A stretch of 36,763 bases of DNA from a virus, in IMG/VR virus record IMGVR_UViG_3300045988_134073, positions 1-36,763 of that record, one strand, 5' to 3'. Below the pieces are notes generated by a model. That model searched no databases. It was not told the DNA's origin and saw only the letters and a program-made list of their open reading frames with translations. The position numbers were made by a program, and so were the translations under genes. This document shows positions 1-7,217 of the stretch, piece after piece. Within the stretch, counting starts at the first letter, position 1. Each line of letters begins with the position of its first letter.

Positions 1-112
1 CAGATTTAGCAAGGGCGGGCTGAAAGCCCAATGGAGCACATAGCCCAGGGCAAGCGAAGCGACACCCTGGGTATCGCGTGTTGGAACAGTCGCGCCCTGT
101 AAGGGCAAAAGC
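1..112. repeat. GC-rich multi-hairpin REP/MITE-like element, copy A
   Basis: About 110-bp unit with internal hairpins gggc-tgaaa-gccc, cccaggg-N14-ccctggg and gccct-gta-agggc. It recurs inverted at 154-264 and 30013-30132. Bases 1-55 repeat exactly at 36709-36763. Confidence 0.8.
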
Positions 113-153
113 ATTAAGACATGTCACAATCATGTATGTGTTTAAGAATTAAG

Positions 154-264
154 GCTTTTGCCCTTACAGGGCGCGGAGACTCTACTATGCGGGAACCCAG
201 GGTGTCGCTTCGCTTGCCCTGGGCTATGTGCTACATTGGGCTTTCAGCCCGCCCTTGCTAAATC
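154..264. repeat. REP/MITE-like element, copy B (inverted relative to A)
   Basis: Reverse complement of copy A except for a ~22-nt internal block (174-197). With the 41-bp spacer, A and B form a 264-bp imperfect palindrome. Confidence 0.8.
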
Positions 265-313
265 CGATTAAAATAGCAAGCATTCAAAGAACGTTTTTAG
301 ACACATTTATTTT

Positions 314-341
314 GCCACGCGCGCTTGCCGCGTGGCTTTTT
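314..341 (+). terminator. Intrinsic terminator-like hairpin, plus strand
   Basis: gccacgcg / cgcgtggc stem followed by ttttt. Confidence 0.5.
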
Positions 342-346
342 ATTGC

Positions 347-354
347 TACCTTTG
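347..354 (+). promoter_or_regulatory. Candidate Bacteroides-type -7 box (tacctttg)
   Basis: Matches TAnnTTTG. A partial -33 (cttg) lies 19 nt upstream. Confidence 0.3.
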
Positions 355-392
355 TAAGGTAACTAATAATTAAACAACTCATAATAATCAAT

Positions 393-427
393 GATACCCC
401 TCGTTGCGAAACGCGGTGTATCTTTTT
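393..427 (+). terminator. Hairpin with GCGA tetraloop plus T-tract, plus strand
   Basis: gatacccctcgtt-gcga-aacgcggtgtatc followed by ttttt. Confidence 0.45.
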
Positions 428-466
428 ATCCCACTTTTTTCATTTTTCTATTTTTCGTATTAAGGT

Positions 467-500
467 AAAAGCGCCCCACCATTGTTACATGGTGGGGCGC
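467..500 (-). terminator. Intrinsic terminator of the hicB-like moron
   Basis: Perfect 12-bp stem gcgccccaccat / atggtggggcgc with a 6-nt loop. On the minus strand it is followed by cuuuua. It lies 80 nt after the stop codon at 581. Confidence 0.75.
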
Positions 501-580
501 TCGATTGTTTTGCGCCCTCAGGTGGCGGGCGCGGTGTGTCAAATAACTATATGAAATACAAAGTACCTGAGTGGGGGAGG

Positions 581-991
581 TTACGGACGTACGAAATGAA
601 CGCCCGACAGTGTTTGTGCAAAACTGCTTATGCCGTTTTCTATCTTTTCGATTGTGCGTGCTGAGGGGCGTGAAGTCCCATTAATATAATGTGATAATTG
701 CCCTTGATTGACGCCAGTGATGCGTGAAAGACCTGCTAACGTAAACGCATAGGCATAGTGCTGTAAGAAAGAGGCCATATCGTAACAGAAGTCAAACTCT
801 ACTTCTTCAAATGCTTCGTTATGGCTCTTGGAGTATTCTTTTACGCTCTCGTATGACTCTATAAAATCTTTTTTTGCTTCATCAAGCGTAGCACCCTCAG
901 CCGTTATAAGATAAGATAGCGTATCGTCGTCCATGTAAATACTATAGCGCCCCTCTGAGGAACGCTCTATAATCGCTTTTACTTTTTTCAT
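581..991 (-). CDS. HicB-like antitoxin-fold protein with C-terminal HTH (orphan, no adjacent hicA)
   Basis: Start trimmed to MKKVKAIIERS. The N-terminus resembles the HicB fold and the C-terminal HTH is LAGLSRITGVNQGQLSHYINGTSRP. Same architecture as the ORF at 12058-12471. Confidence 0.6.
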   Translation of the reverse strand: MKKVKAIIERSSEGRYSIYMDDDTLSYLITAEGATLDEAKKDFIESYESVKEYSKSHNEAFEEVEFDFCYDMASFLQHYAYAFTLAGLSRITGVNQGQLSHYINGTSRPSARTIEKIENGISSFAQTLSGVHFVRP

Positions 992-1024
992 TGTTTCTTC
1001 CTGTTTTTCGTTATTAGAACAATG

Positions 1025-1055
1025 CAAAGATACTAATATCCGTATTAACGGCAAA
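1025..1055 (-). promoter_or_regulatory. Bacteroides-type promoter of the hicB-like moron
   Basis: The minus strand reads TTTG-N19-TATCTTTG, a canonical TTTG / TAnnTTTG promoter, 33 nt upstream of the ATG at 991. Confidence 0.65.
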
Positions 1056-1078
1056 GGGTACAATTTGATATGCTTTTC

Positions 1079-2785
1079 TTACCGCTCATAATCTATAAAC
1101 AGTCTCAAGCACATGAGCATCGTTATGAGTCCGTCAATCTTTTGATAGCGAGCGCGCTTAATGGGCTTAGAGTTGCCGAGGTTGTCGGTGTCGAGTATGG
1201 CATTGCCAAAGCAGTAGGCGTTAATCGGGTTAGGATTGATGAAGATATGCCCCGTCTTGCAGCCATGCTCAAAGGATTGGACGGGGGCGGTAAAGTTGCC
1301 ATACGTCTGCTTCACTCCGCGCAACACGTCACGCGCGCCTGATGCGGCCAACATGTTGATAAGTTCTTGGCTCTTCCAAGGGTCGTAACCAATAGAGAGT
1401 ATGCGCACGGAGCGGTTGACGCGCAACACGTAGTCGACGATCGTGCGGTAATTGATGACAGGGCCTTGCGTCAGCGTGAGGTGTCCCTCGGCCGCCCACT
1501 TGCGGTAAAGGCGCTCGTTGGGGTGGCCCGCTAAAGCTTCGTCGGGGAAGAAGTAGGCCGTATGGAAGGTGAACGACTTCTCTTCGGGCGAGTAGAAACC
1601 TGTCGTCACGGCCGAGAAGTCGTCACTCTCGCTCAAGTCGATAGCCACCATTGCATCGGGACGGCCCTTGATCGCATCGAGCGTGAAGGGACGCATGATG
1701 TCGGTGGCGAGGGTGGCCGTTATCCATGAGCGCTGCTGCTGTTCGGCATAGACGTTGAGCAACTTCGTGCGAAAGGCCAACATCGCCTCAGCACCGTCGC
1801 GACGCGCTGCACGATATTCGGCTTCGTAAAATTCGAGGCTAACGGTCACGCCCATGTGGGGGTGGACCTTGCGCCACGTCGCGGGTTGATCCTCTGGGTC
1901 GTCAACGTCGGGTTCAAAGAGGTGAGCAAATACGCTATCATCGTCCACCTCGCCCAGTAGCAGACGTTTGTAGCCTTGCAACTTGGCGTAGAATGGGCCT
2001 TCAAAAACGTCGCTCGCGGTGGTGATGATCACCGTAAGGGGGTTCTGCCTAACGCCCATAGAGGTAGTAAGCACGGTGAGTAGCTCATTGGTGCGCGCTT
2101 GGGAGTATTCGTCGATTAGGACGGTCGAGGCGTTCAAGCCGTCCTTGGTGCGGCTATTGCCTGTCAGACACTGAGCAAAGGCCGTGCGGTCCTGACGTCG
2201 GCTCTTAATCACGTCTTCATTCACCGTATAGCGTAAGCCGCGCGGGTCGAGCCTACGCACGCAGCCGCGCAGGACGTTGAAGCCTTTCTTCGCTTGGTCG
2301 TAAGAGTTGGCGCCAAAGTAGCACTCAGCGTTGGCATCGCCAAAGAAGAGATCGTAGAGGGGGAAGGCAGCACCTGAGGTAGTCTTCGAGAACTTTCGGG
2401 GTACAAACAGACACACCTCACGCACGATGCGACGCCCCCGTTGCCAAAAGCCATATACGGCCGCAAACTGGAAGCACTGCACGGGCGTCAACTTGTAGTG
2501 CTGCATGCCTTCCTTGCCAGGGAAGTAGAGCGACTCGTAGAAGAGGTAGAAGCGGCGCACCTTGCGAGCGTCAAGCCCATAACGCTTCACCATACGCAGG
2601 AAACGCTCAACGGCCAACTGCTCCCAAAGGTTATGCTCAGTGGGGCTGTCGCGCACCATTGATACGTACACGTAGAGCCGAGGGTCGACCGCCTCAAGGT
2701 GGTACGACTCCAACGATTTAGCAGAGAGCGAACGCGATACGCGCTGCTTCTCCTCTCGATAGCGGTGGGCTTCTTCTTCGGTCAT
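1079..2785 (-). CDS. terL: Terminase large subunit
   Basis: 568 aa. Walker A-like motif PRKFSKTT and Walker B VLIDEYSQ, with a C-terminal nuclease-like region. Follows terS. Confidence 0.9.
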   Translation of the reverse strand: MTEEEAHRYREEKQRVSRSLSAKSLESYHLEAVDPRLYVYVSMVRDSPTEHNLWEQLAVERFLRMVKRYGLDARKVRRFYLFYESLYFPGKEGMQHYKLTPVQCFQFAAVYGFWQRGRRIVREVCLFVPRKFSKTTSGAAFPLYDLFFGDANAECYFGANSYDQAKKGFNVLRGCVRRLDPRGLRYTVNEDVIKSRRQDRTAFAQCLTGNSRTKDGLNASTVLIDEYSQARTNELLTVLTTSMGVRQNPLTVIITTASDVFEGPFYAKLQGYKRLLLGEVDDDSVFAHLFEPDVDDPEDQPATWRKVHPHMGVTVSLEFYEAEYRAARRDGAEAMLAFRTKLLNVYAEQQQRSWITATLATDIMRPFTLDAIKGRPDAMVAIDLSESDDFSAVTTGFYSPEEKSFTFHTAYFFPDEALAGHPNERLYRKWAAEGHLTLTQGPVINYRTIVDYVLRVNRSVRILSIGYDPWKSQELINMLAASGARDVLRGVKQTYGNFTAPVQSFEHGCKTGHIFINPNPINAYCFGNAILDTDNLGNSKPIKRARYQKIDGLITMLMCLRLFIDYER

Positions 2786-2900
2786 TCTGATAATGTGCTA
2801 ATGTGATAATGTGCTAATATGCTAATGTGCTAATATGCTAATGTGCTAATGAGTGGCGCAGCCATTAGCATATTGCCACATTAGCATATTAGCTCATTAT
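2786..2900. repeat. Zipper hairpin R1 (gctaat(g/a)t arrays, centre gagtggcgcagcc)
   Basis: Left arm 2790-2850, centre 2851-2863, right arm 2864-2899. It fills the whole terS-terL spacer. Confidence 0.9.
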
Positions 2901-3248
2901 CTACTGTTCATTAATGAGCTTTTGAGTTAGGTCTATCAGTGGGTCGGAACTTTGGTCGGTGGTCAGCTCTTCTGTAGTGAGTTGCAGCTGCTTCATCTGT
3001 CGCGTGACGGAGGCTTGTGCGTCGCGCTGAATTTTAAACACGGGGTGGGGCTGCATCTTGCGGCCGTAGCGTGTCTCTTCCCACACGACGGTGGTATCGA
3101 GTCGGTCAATCTCGTCAGTGGCGAGTTCGAGCGTTCGCATAGCTCCTGCTAACGATTGTATCTGCATTTCAAGGCTGGTATTGTACGTTCCCGACTTCTT
3201 CAGTGCTTTCGTGATGCGGGCATACCATTGTTTCGTAGTGCGTGCCAT
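2901..3248 (-). CDS. terS: Terminase small subunit (P27-like)
   Basis: 115 aa, directly upstream of terL and downstream of HNH. Sequence style resembles P27-family small terminases. Confidence 0.65.
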   Translation of the reverse strand: MARTTKQWYARITKALKKSGTYNTSLEMQIQSLAGAMRTLELATDEIDRLDTTVVWEETRYGRKMQPHPVFKIQRDAQASVTRQMKQLQLTTEELTTDQSSDPLIDLTQKLINEQ

Positions 3249-3365
3249 AGTGTTAATGTGCTAATATGCTAATGTGCTAATGTGGCCAATGTGCTGCTAA
3301 TAGGTTAATGAGTTAAGGATTGTGCCACTCATTAGCACATTAACACATTAGCATATTGGCACATT
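3249..3365. repeat. Zipper hairpin R2 (gctaatgt arrays, different centre)
   Basis: Left arm 3252-3313, loop taaggattgtgcc at 3314-3326, right arm 3327-3365. Confidence 0.85.
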
Positions 3366-3446
3366 CAACGTTGTGTGAAATATTGTTTAAGGGTGTTGAA
3401 TTGCCCAAAGTTCCGTAAATCGTAAAAAATGCTCGCGCAAAAAAAA

Positions 3447-3502
3447 GGGTTTGGGCGGGGTTTAACGCACCCCCACCCCCCTTAAAAAAAACCGCCCCCC
3501 CT
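3447..3502. promoter_or_regulatory. Candidate cos region (G/C-tract cluster)
   Basis: gggtttgggcggggtttaacgcacccccacccccc ttaaaaaaaa ccgcccccc, lying between HNH and terS. Confidence 0.35.
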
Positions 3503-3558
3503 GTTGGTGTGACGCTGATGAGCGATGAAGGTAGGGCAGAAGGCCACGTTTCTTACTC

Positions 3559-3621
3559 CGTTTTCGGTCGTTTTTTGTTCGTTTTCGGTCGTTTTTGGTA
3601 CGTTTTCGGTCGTTTTTGAGT
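3559..3621. repeat. Three 21-bp direct repeats (cgttttcggtcgttttt...)
   Basis: Copies at 3559-3579, 3580-3600 and 3601-3621. The 21-bp period equals two helical turns. Candidate terS or packaging-protein binding sites. Confidence 0.8.
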
Positions 3622-3624
3622 GCC

Positions 3625-3963
3625 TTACTCGTCACCAAAGAAGCGTTTGTTAACGCTCTCGGCTTGTCGCGCCTTGCGTTCGGCATTCGCTTTGCGGCCT
3701 GAGCGGCCCAACTCTGTGTGCGTCAGTACGTGGCAGTCGTGGCAGAGGGCGCGGAGGTTGTGTGCATCAAACATGAGCCGCTCCTTCTCCCTCGCTGTCG
3801 TACCCTCTTCGACGGGGCGCACGTGATGCACCTCAGTAGCAGCCGTCGTGCGGCCCTCAGCCTCACAACGTTGGCACAGAGGGTGAGCCGTGAGCACCAT
3901 GCGCCTTAGTTCCAACCAGTGGCGCGTGTGTATCATTCGCTTGTAGTCTTTGTCTTTAGCCAT
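3625..3963 (-). CDS. HNH endonuclease (packaging-associated)
   Basis: Motifs CQRCEAEG...EVHHV...NLRALCHDCHVLTH. Sits next to terS and terL. Confidence 0.9.
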   Translation of the reverse strand: MAKDKDYKRMIHTRHWLELRRMVLTAHPLCQRCEAEGRTTAATEVHHVRPVEEGTTAREKERLMFDAHNLRALCHDCHVLTHTELGRSGRKANAERKARQAESVNKRFFGDE

Positions 3964-3977
3964 AGTCTTACGAAATA

Positions 3978-4250
3978 TTATTCAATCCTCCTTCGGTGGT
4001 GGCGCACGGTAGGCGTTGTGTTAGAAGGAGTGCGCATAGAGGTAGCCATGCGCTCAAAGGTGGCCGCGATGTAGTCCTCATCATCGTCAGTGGTGGAAGT
4101 AGCCTCAGCCTCAGCCACCATACGCGCATATACGCGCAAAAGTACGACGCACATCTCGCACGTCGTACTAAAGCGATAAGTCTTGCGTATGCGCTCCAGC
4201 TCTCGATATAGCTCGGGCGGCACGCTGAGGTTAATTCGTCGTCGCGTCAC
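3978..4250 (-). CDS. Ribbon-helix-helix (CopG/Arc-like) protein
   Basis: RINLSVPPELYRELERI at the N-terminus. Uses a GTG start. Confidence 0.55.
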   Translation of the reverse strand: MTRRRINLSVPPELYRELERIRKTYRFSTTCEMCVVLLRVYARMVAEAEATSTTDDDEDYIAATFERMATSMRTPSNTTPTVRHHRRRIE

Positions 4251-4261
4251 TGTTATTTTTT

Positions 4262-4374
4262 TAATATGCTAATGTGCAAATGTGCAAATGTGCAAATGGT
4301 CGCCTTTGTACGCTGAGTAATTAAAACATTATTCAATCATTTGCACATTTGCACATTCGCACATTTGCACATTC
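4262..4374. repeat. Zipper hairpin R3 (gcaaatgt arrays, 40-nt core)
   Basis: Left arm 4262-4298, core gtcgcctttgtacgctgagtaattaaaacattattcaatc at 4299-4339, right arm 4340-4374. Confidence 0.9.
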
Positions 4375-4375
4375 A

Positions 4376-4504
4376 TCAAGCCCTCTCTTGTTTGGTCTTG
4401 CCTTCTGATCGTTCCCTCTCGCGATAGGCCTCAGCGCGGCCCTCAAAGTAGCCGCGCCACAGTCCTCGCTCGCGGCCTAACACGTAGGCCACATAATTAC
4501 TCAT
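4376..4504 (-). CDS. Small hypothetical protein (42 aa), paralogous to the C-terminus of the next ORF
   Basis: Translated by hand as MSNYVAYVLGRERGLWRGYFEGRAEAYRERERSEGKTKQERA. It shares the RERG..GY..GRAE.Y motif with 4552-4854. Confidence 0.35.
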   Translation of the reverse strand: MSNYVAYVLGRERGLWRGYFEGRAEAYRERERSEGKTKQERA

Positions 4505-4551
4505 CAAGACAGTACTAAGATACAAATAAATTGTGTCATTATCAAGTGTCG

Positions 4552-4854
4552 TTACAACTTCAATTGTCGTTTAATCTCCTCCTCGTTATGATGCGTGATA
4601 GCTTCATAGCGACGGCCGTCGTCATAACCCTCGGCACGGCCCTTCTCGTAACCGTCGCGATAGCCTTCCTTGTGGCCGCGCTCACGGCCTATCGTGTAGC
4701 CTTCTTTCCAACACGATTGACGAAGGCGCGCCACTTCGTCGGCCATTGCCTCCTCGGCTCGGTAGCGGCCGAGCTTATACGTGAGCCATAGCACGACATA
4801 TACGGACGTGGCGTAAAAAAGAATTGTCAGTACGTCTTTTAACATGGGTATCAT
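4552..4854 (-). CDS. Hypothetical membrane-anchored protein with G-Y / R-E repeats
   Basis: N-terminal TM helix VLTILFYATSVYVVLWLTY, followed by GRERGHKEGYRDGYEKGRAEGYDDGRR. Confidence 0.5.
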   Translation of the reverse strand: MIPMLKDVLTILFYATSVYVVLWLTYKLGRYRAEEAMADEVARLRQSCWKEGYTIGRERGHKEGYRDGYEKGRAEGYDDGRRYEAITHHNEEEIKRQLKL

Positions 4855-4857
4855 CGT

Positions 4858-5073
4858 TTATTGTTCTTCATTCAATTCGTCTAAAAGGCTTTGAGCGCAA
4901 GCCTTCGCCCACCATAAATCGTCCAGGTTGTTATTACTTGCAGCGAATTCTTTAATTGTCACCCAACCTAACCATTTTTGGCCCTGTACTGCATAGACCT
5001 TTGTGCCTACGCTTTCGTATTCTTTAATCCTGAATGCCTTCATTTTACTCATTGTTGGTTTGGTAGTAGTCAT
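4858..5073 (-). CDS. Hypothetical protein
   Basis: 71-aa ORF packed tightly in the minus-strand early operon. Confidence 0.45.
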   Translation of the reverse strand: MTTTKPTMSKMKAFRIKEYESVGTKVYAVQGQKWLGWVTIKEFAASNNNLDDLWWAKACAQSLLDELNEEQ

Positions 5074-5236
5074 TGCCGTATTTTAGTTGCTGTATCTCCT
5101 CACTGCTTAGCGCGTTGGGCGAGAAGAGGAGGGTCTCTTCTAAGTGAGCGCGCACGCATCGGGGGTAGCGCAGTCGCCCGTTAGGGCGGCGACTGAGCCA
5201 AATCTTGTGGCGTTGTCGTAGGTCGTTCATAGTCAT
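5045..5236 (-). CDS. Hypothetical protein
   Basis: 63-aa ORF with short overlaps to both neighbours. Confidence 0.4.
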   Translation of the reverse strand: MTMNDLRQRHKIWLSRRPNGRLRYPRCVRAHLEETLLFSPNALSSEEIQQLKYGNDYYQTNNE

Positions 5237-5556
5237 TCGGGGGTATTAGGTAGGAAGGACTCAGAGTAGGCCCAATACATTACGCAGAACGCTTCACAAA
5301 ACGTTTTCCAATTCATTACTTCTGGAATGAAGTAGTGAGTGGACACAAAAGGGTCTTCCGTAGAGCCATCCCATACCACTAATGGCCCGCTGGCATCGTT
5401 CGGATACTCATCGCGTGAGTGCCATAGCGCGTCAAGGCGACGGAACTCTACGGTGTGGGCGGCGTCGCGCTCGCGCAGTAAGTCAATGTGTAAGGGCGCG
5501 CCCGCCTCTACGTCCTCAGGGCGCGCAAAGAGTTGATTAACAAAAGTTTCATTCAT
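5233..5556 (-). CDS. Hypothetical protein
   Basis: 107-aa ORF with a 4-nt overlap to the downstream ORF. Confidence 0.5.
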   Translation of the reverse strand: MNETFVNQLFARPEDVEAGAPLHIDLLRERDAAHTVEFRRLDALWHSRDEYPNDASGPLVVWDGSTEDPFVSTHYFIPEVMNWKTFCEAFCVMYWAYSESFLPNTPE

Positions 5557-5818
5557 AGTTCAGCCATTTATCTTCATAGTATAACCATTTATCTTTAAAG
5601 TCAGCCATTACTCGGTCGTTGTAAGTCTTGTCCTTCTCCTGATATAGGGCGAAAGTGTTTTTACACCCGAAAAAGGGAATTAACTCAATGCGGATTACGT
5701 CACATCGGCCGCTAAAGCTAACCTCGACGAGGCTTGCACGCGTGTTGAATTGCATCGTCTGTGCCTCACGAAGGTAGACTAAGATGTCGGCCTTCGTCGT
5801 CTTCTTCGCTTGTGTCAT
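5549..5818 (-). CDS. Hypothetical protein
   Basis: 89-aa ORF, part of the overlapping operon chain. Confidence 0.5.
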   Translation of the reverse strand: MTQAKKTTKADILVYLREAQTMQFNTRASLVEVSFSGRCDVIRIELIPFFGCKNTFALYQEKDKTYNDRVMADFKDKWLYYEDKWLNYE

Positions 5819-6228
5819 TTTATCACGCTTTGAAGTTGTTCGTAGATGTGGCGGTCGCTCTTCATGCGCAGCAGCGCACGGCGCACCTTGTCGCGATACT
5901 CATCATTGTCGCCTGTGCGATCGGCTATGAGCAACACGATATCGGCATAGTAGTCGCTACACTCGCAAGCATCATCGGCACACTCAATGCCGTAAAGCTC
6001 CTGTGCAAAGCTATCCCATGCGCGACGCGCACGGTGGGTAGCTTCGAGGGCATACTTTAGGCGCTGCTTCAGTCCTTGCTTCATGCCGAAGCCTAATCGC
6101 TCAACACGCGTCTCAGCGTTGAGCATAAGCGTACTCGTCACGTCGCCCATGAGGTAAGCCACGTTGGTAAGAATGCGTGTGGCCTCGGGTATCTGTTCTC
6201 GGGGTACGAGTTCTTCTTTCTGTTTCAT
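5815..6228 (-). CDS. Hypothetical protein
   Basis: 137-aa ORF with a 4-nt overlap to the next gene. Confidence 0.5.
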   Translation of the reverse strand: MKQKEELVPREQIPEATRILTNVAYLMGDVTSTLMLNAETRVERLGFGMKQGLKQRLKYALEATHRARRAWDSFAQELYGIECADDACECSDYYADIVLLIADRTGDNDEYRDKVRRALLRMKSDRHIYEQLQSVIK

Positions 6229-6265
6229 AGTGTGTAAGAGTTATAGATTGTTGTGTGAAAGTGCT

Positions 6266-6817
6266 TCATCGGAAGCACGAGAATTTAAAGCCATACTCCT
6301 TTGCTCTGCGCTCAGTGGATAGACTGCGCTGCGTCTCTGGCGCGAAGTACCAGAGCATGGAGCAGCTCTGAGTGTAAGGAATGTAACCAAGTAGAGACAA
6401 CGTTTGGCGTATCTTCCGCGTCTTCTTGCTATGCGCGGGGGCGAAGTAGAAGTTGTGGCGCGGTTCTTGGCCACTCATGATGCGGAGTTCGTCCACGCGT
6501 CGTTGGCGGTGGAGGCGTCTCCCCCGCTCCTTGTAGCGATTCTTGTAGAGTTCGGGGTTTGCCTTCTTATCTATCACGTAGTAGGCGCGAGCGTGGAGCA
6601 TAGCGCGTCGCAACGTCTCGCGCTTGTAAGTAGGGTCCTTCTTCACTCCATAGGAGTTGGCCAACTTATACACCATATCAATTCCACACCCCAACTCGTG
6701 GGCCATGTCCTTAGCGGGCGTAATGGGGAAGCGACTCCTAAACATTTGTTCGCCTTCAGGGGTAAGGCGGTACGTTCGCCTTCTACCCTCTATGTAAATG
6801 TACTTCGGGTTGTACAT
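6266..6817 (-). CDS. Hypothetical basic protein
   Basis: 183-aa, K/R-rich ORF. The antisense ORF at 6404-6838 has an implausible composition. Confidence 0.5.
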   Translation of the reverse strand: MYNPKYIYIEGRRRTYRLTPEGEQMFRSRFPITPAKDMAHELGCGIDMVYKLANSYGVKKDPTYKRETLRRAMLHARAYYVIDKKANPELYKNRYKERGRRLHRQRRVDELRIMSGQEPRHNFYFAPAHSKKTRKIRQTLSLLGYIPYTQSCSMLWYFAPETQRSLSTERRAKEYGFKFSCFR

Positions 6818-6943
6818 GGTGTTTTGTTCGTGTCGTGATGTTCGTTATGATTGTTCGTTTTTGCTTGCACAATAAAGGACCCTTAATTATCTTTGCACCG
6901 TCCTTTAAGCGCATCTAATGGATTCCACGAAAGCATTTAGCGC

Positions 6944-7180
6944 TTAGTGCTCGGAAGCCTCCACGTCGTTGGAGGCTTTTTTTGTCTCCTTATCGCGCAA
7001 GCGGATAAAGCCTCTACGCTCACACTCACGCAACAATTCGTAATCGTCGGCCGAAATCATGCAGGGCGTTTCACCGTTGATGTTGACGTAACCGCTCGGT
7101 ATGCGAAACCGTTCACATATGCGGAGCCGCGTTTCACGACGGCAGCGCCAGTAGACAACGACGTAGATGAGTTGTGCCAT
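6944..7180 (-). CDS. Hypothetical protein
   Basis: Start trimmed to MAQLIYVVVYW. The 3' end contains a plus-strand terminator-like hairpin. Confidence 0.4.
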   Translation of the reverse strand: MAQLIYVVVYWRCRRETRLRICERFRIPSGYVNINGETPCMISADDYELLRECERRGFIRLRDKETKKASNDVEASEH

Positions 7181-7217
7181 AGTGGGTGCTTTATCTTTTT
7201 CGTTACTTTTTGGGGTT

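Noticed and set aside
482-664. 60-aa plus-strand ORF.
   Set aside because: It starts inside the terminator hairpin and runs antisense into the hicB-like gene. It has no promoter or other support.
3462-3686. 74-aa minus-strand ORF with KNDRKRT repeated three times.
   Set aside because: It is a translation artefact of the three 21-bp DNA repeats and the G/C tracts in the HNH-terS gap. It also overlaps the 3' end of the HNH gene.
6404-6838. 144-aa plus-strand ORF opposite 6266-6817.
   Set aside because: Its composition looks antisense-like. The minus-strand ORF fits the tightly packed operon.
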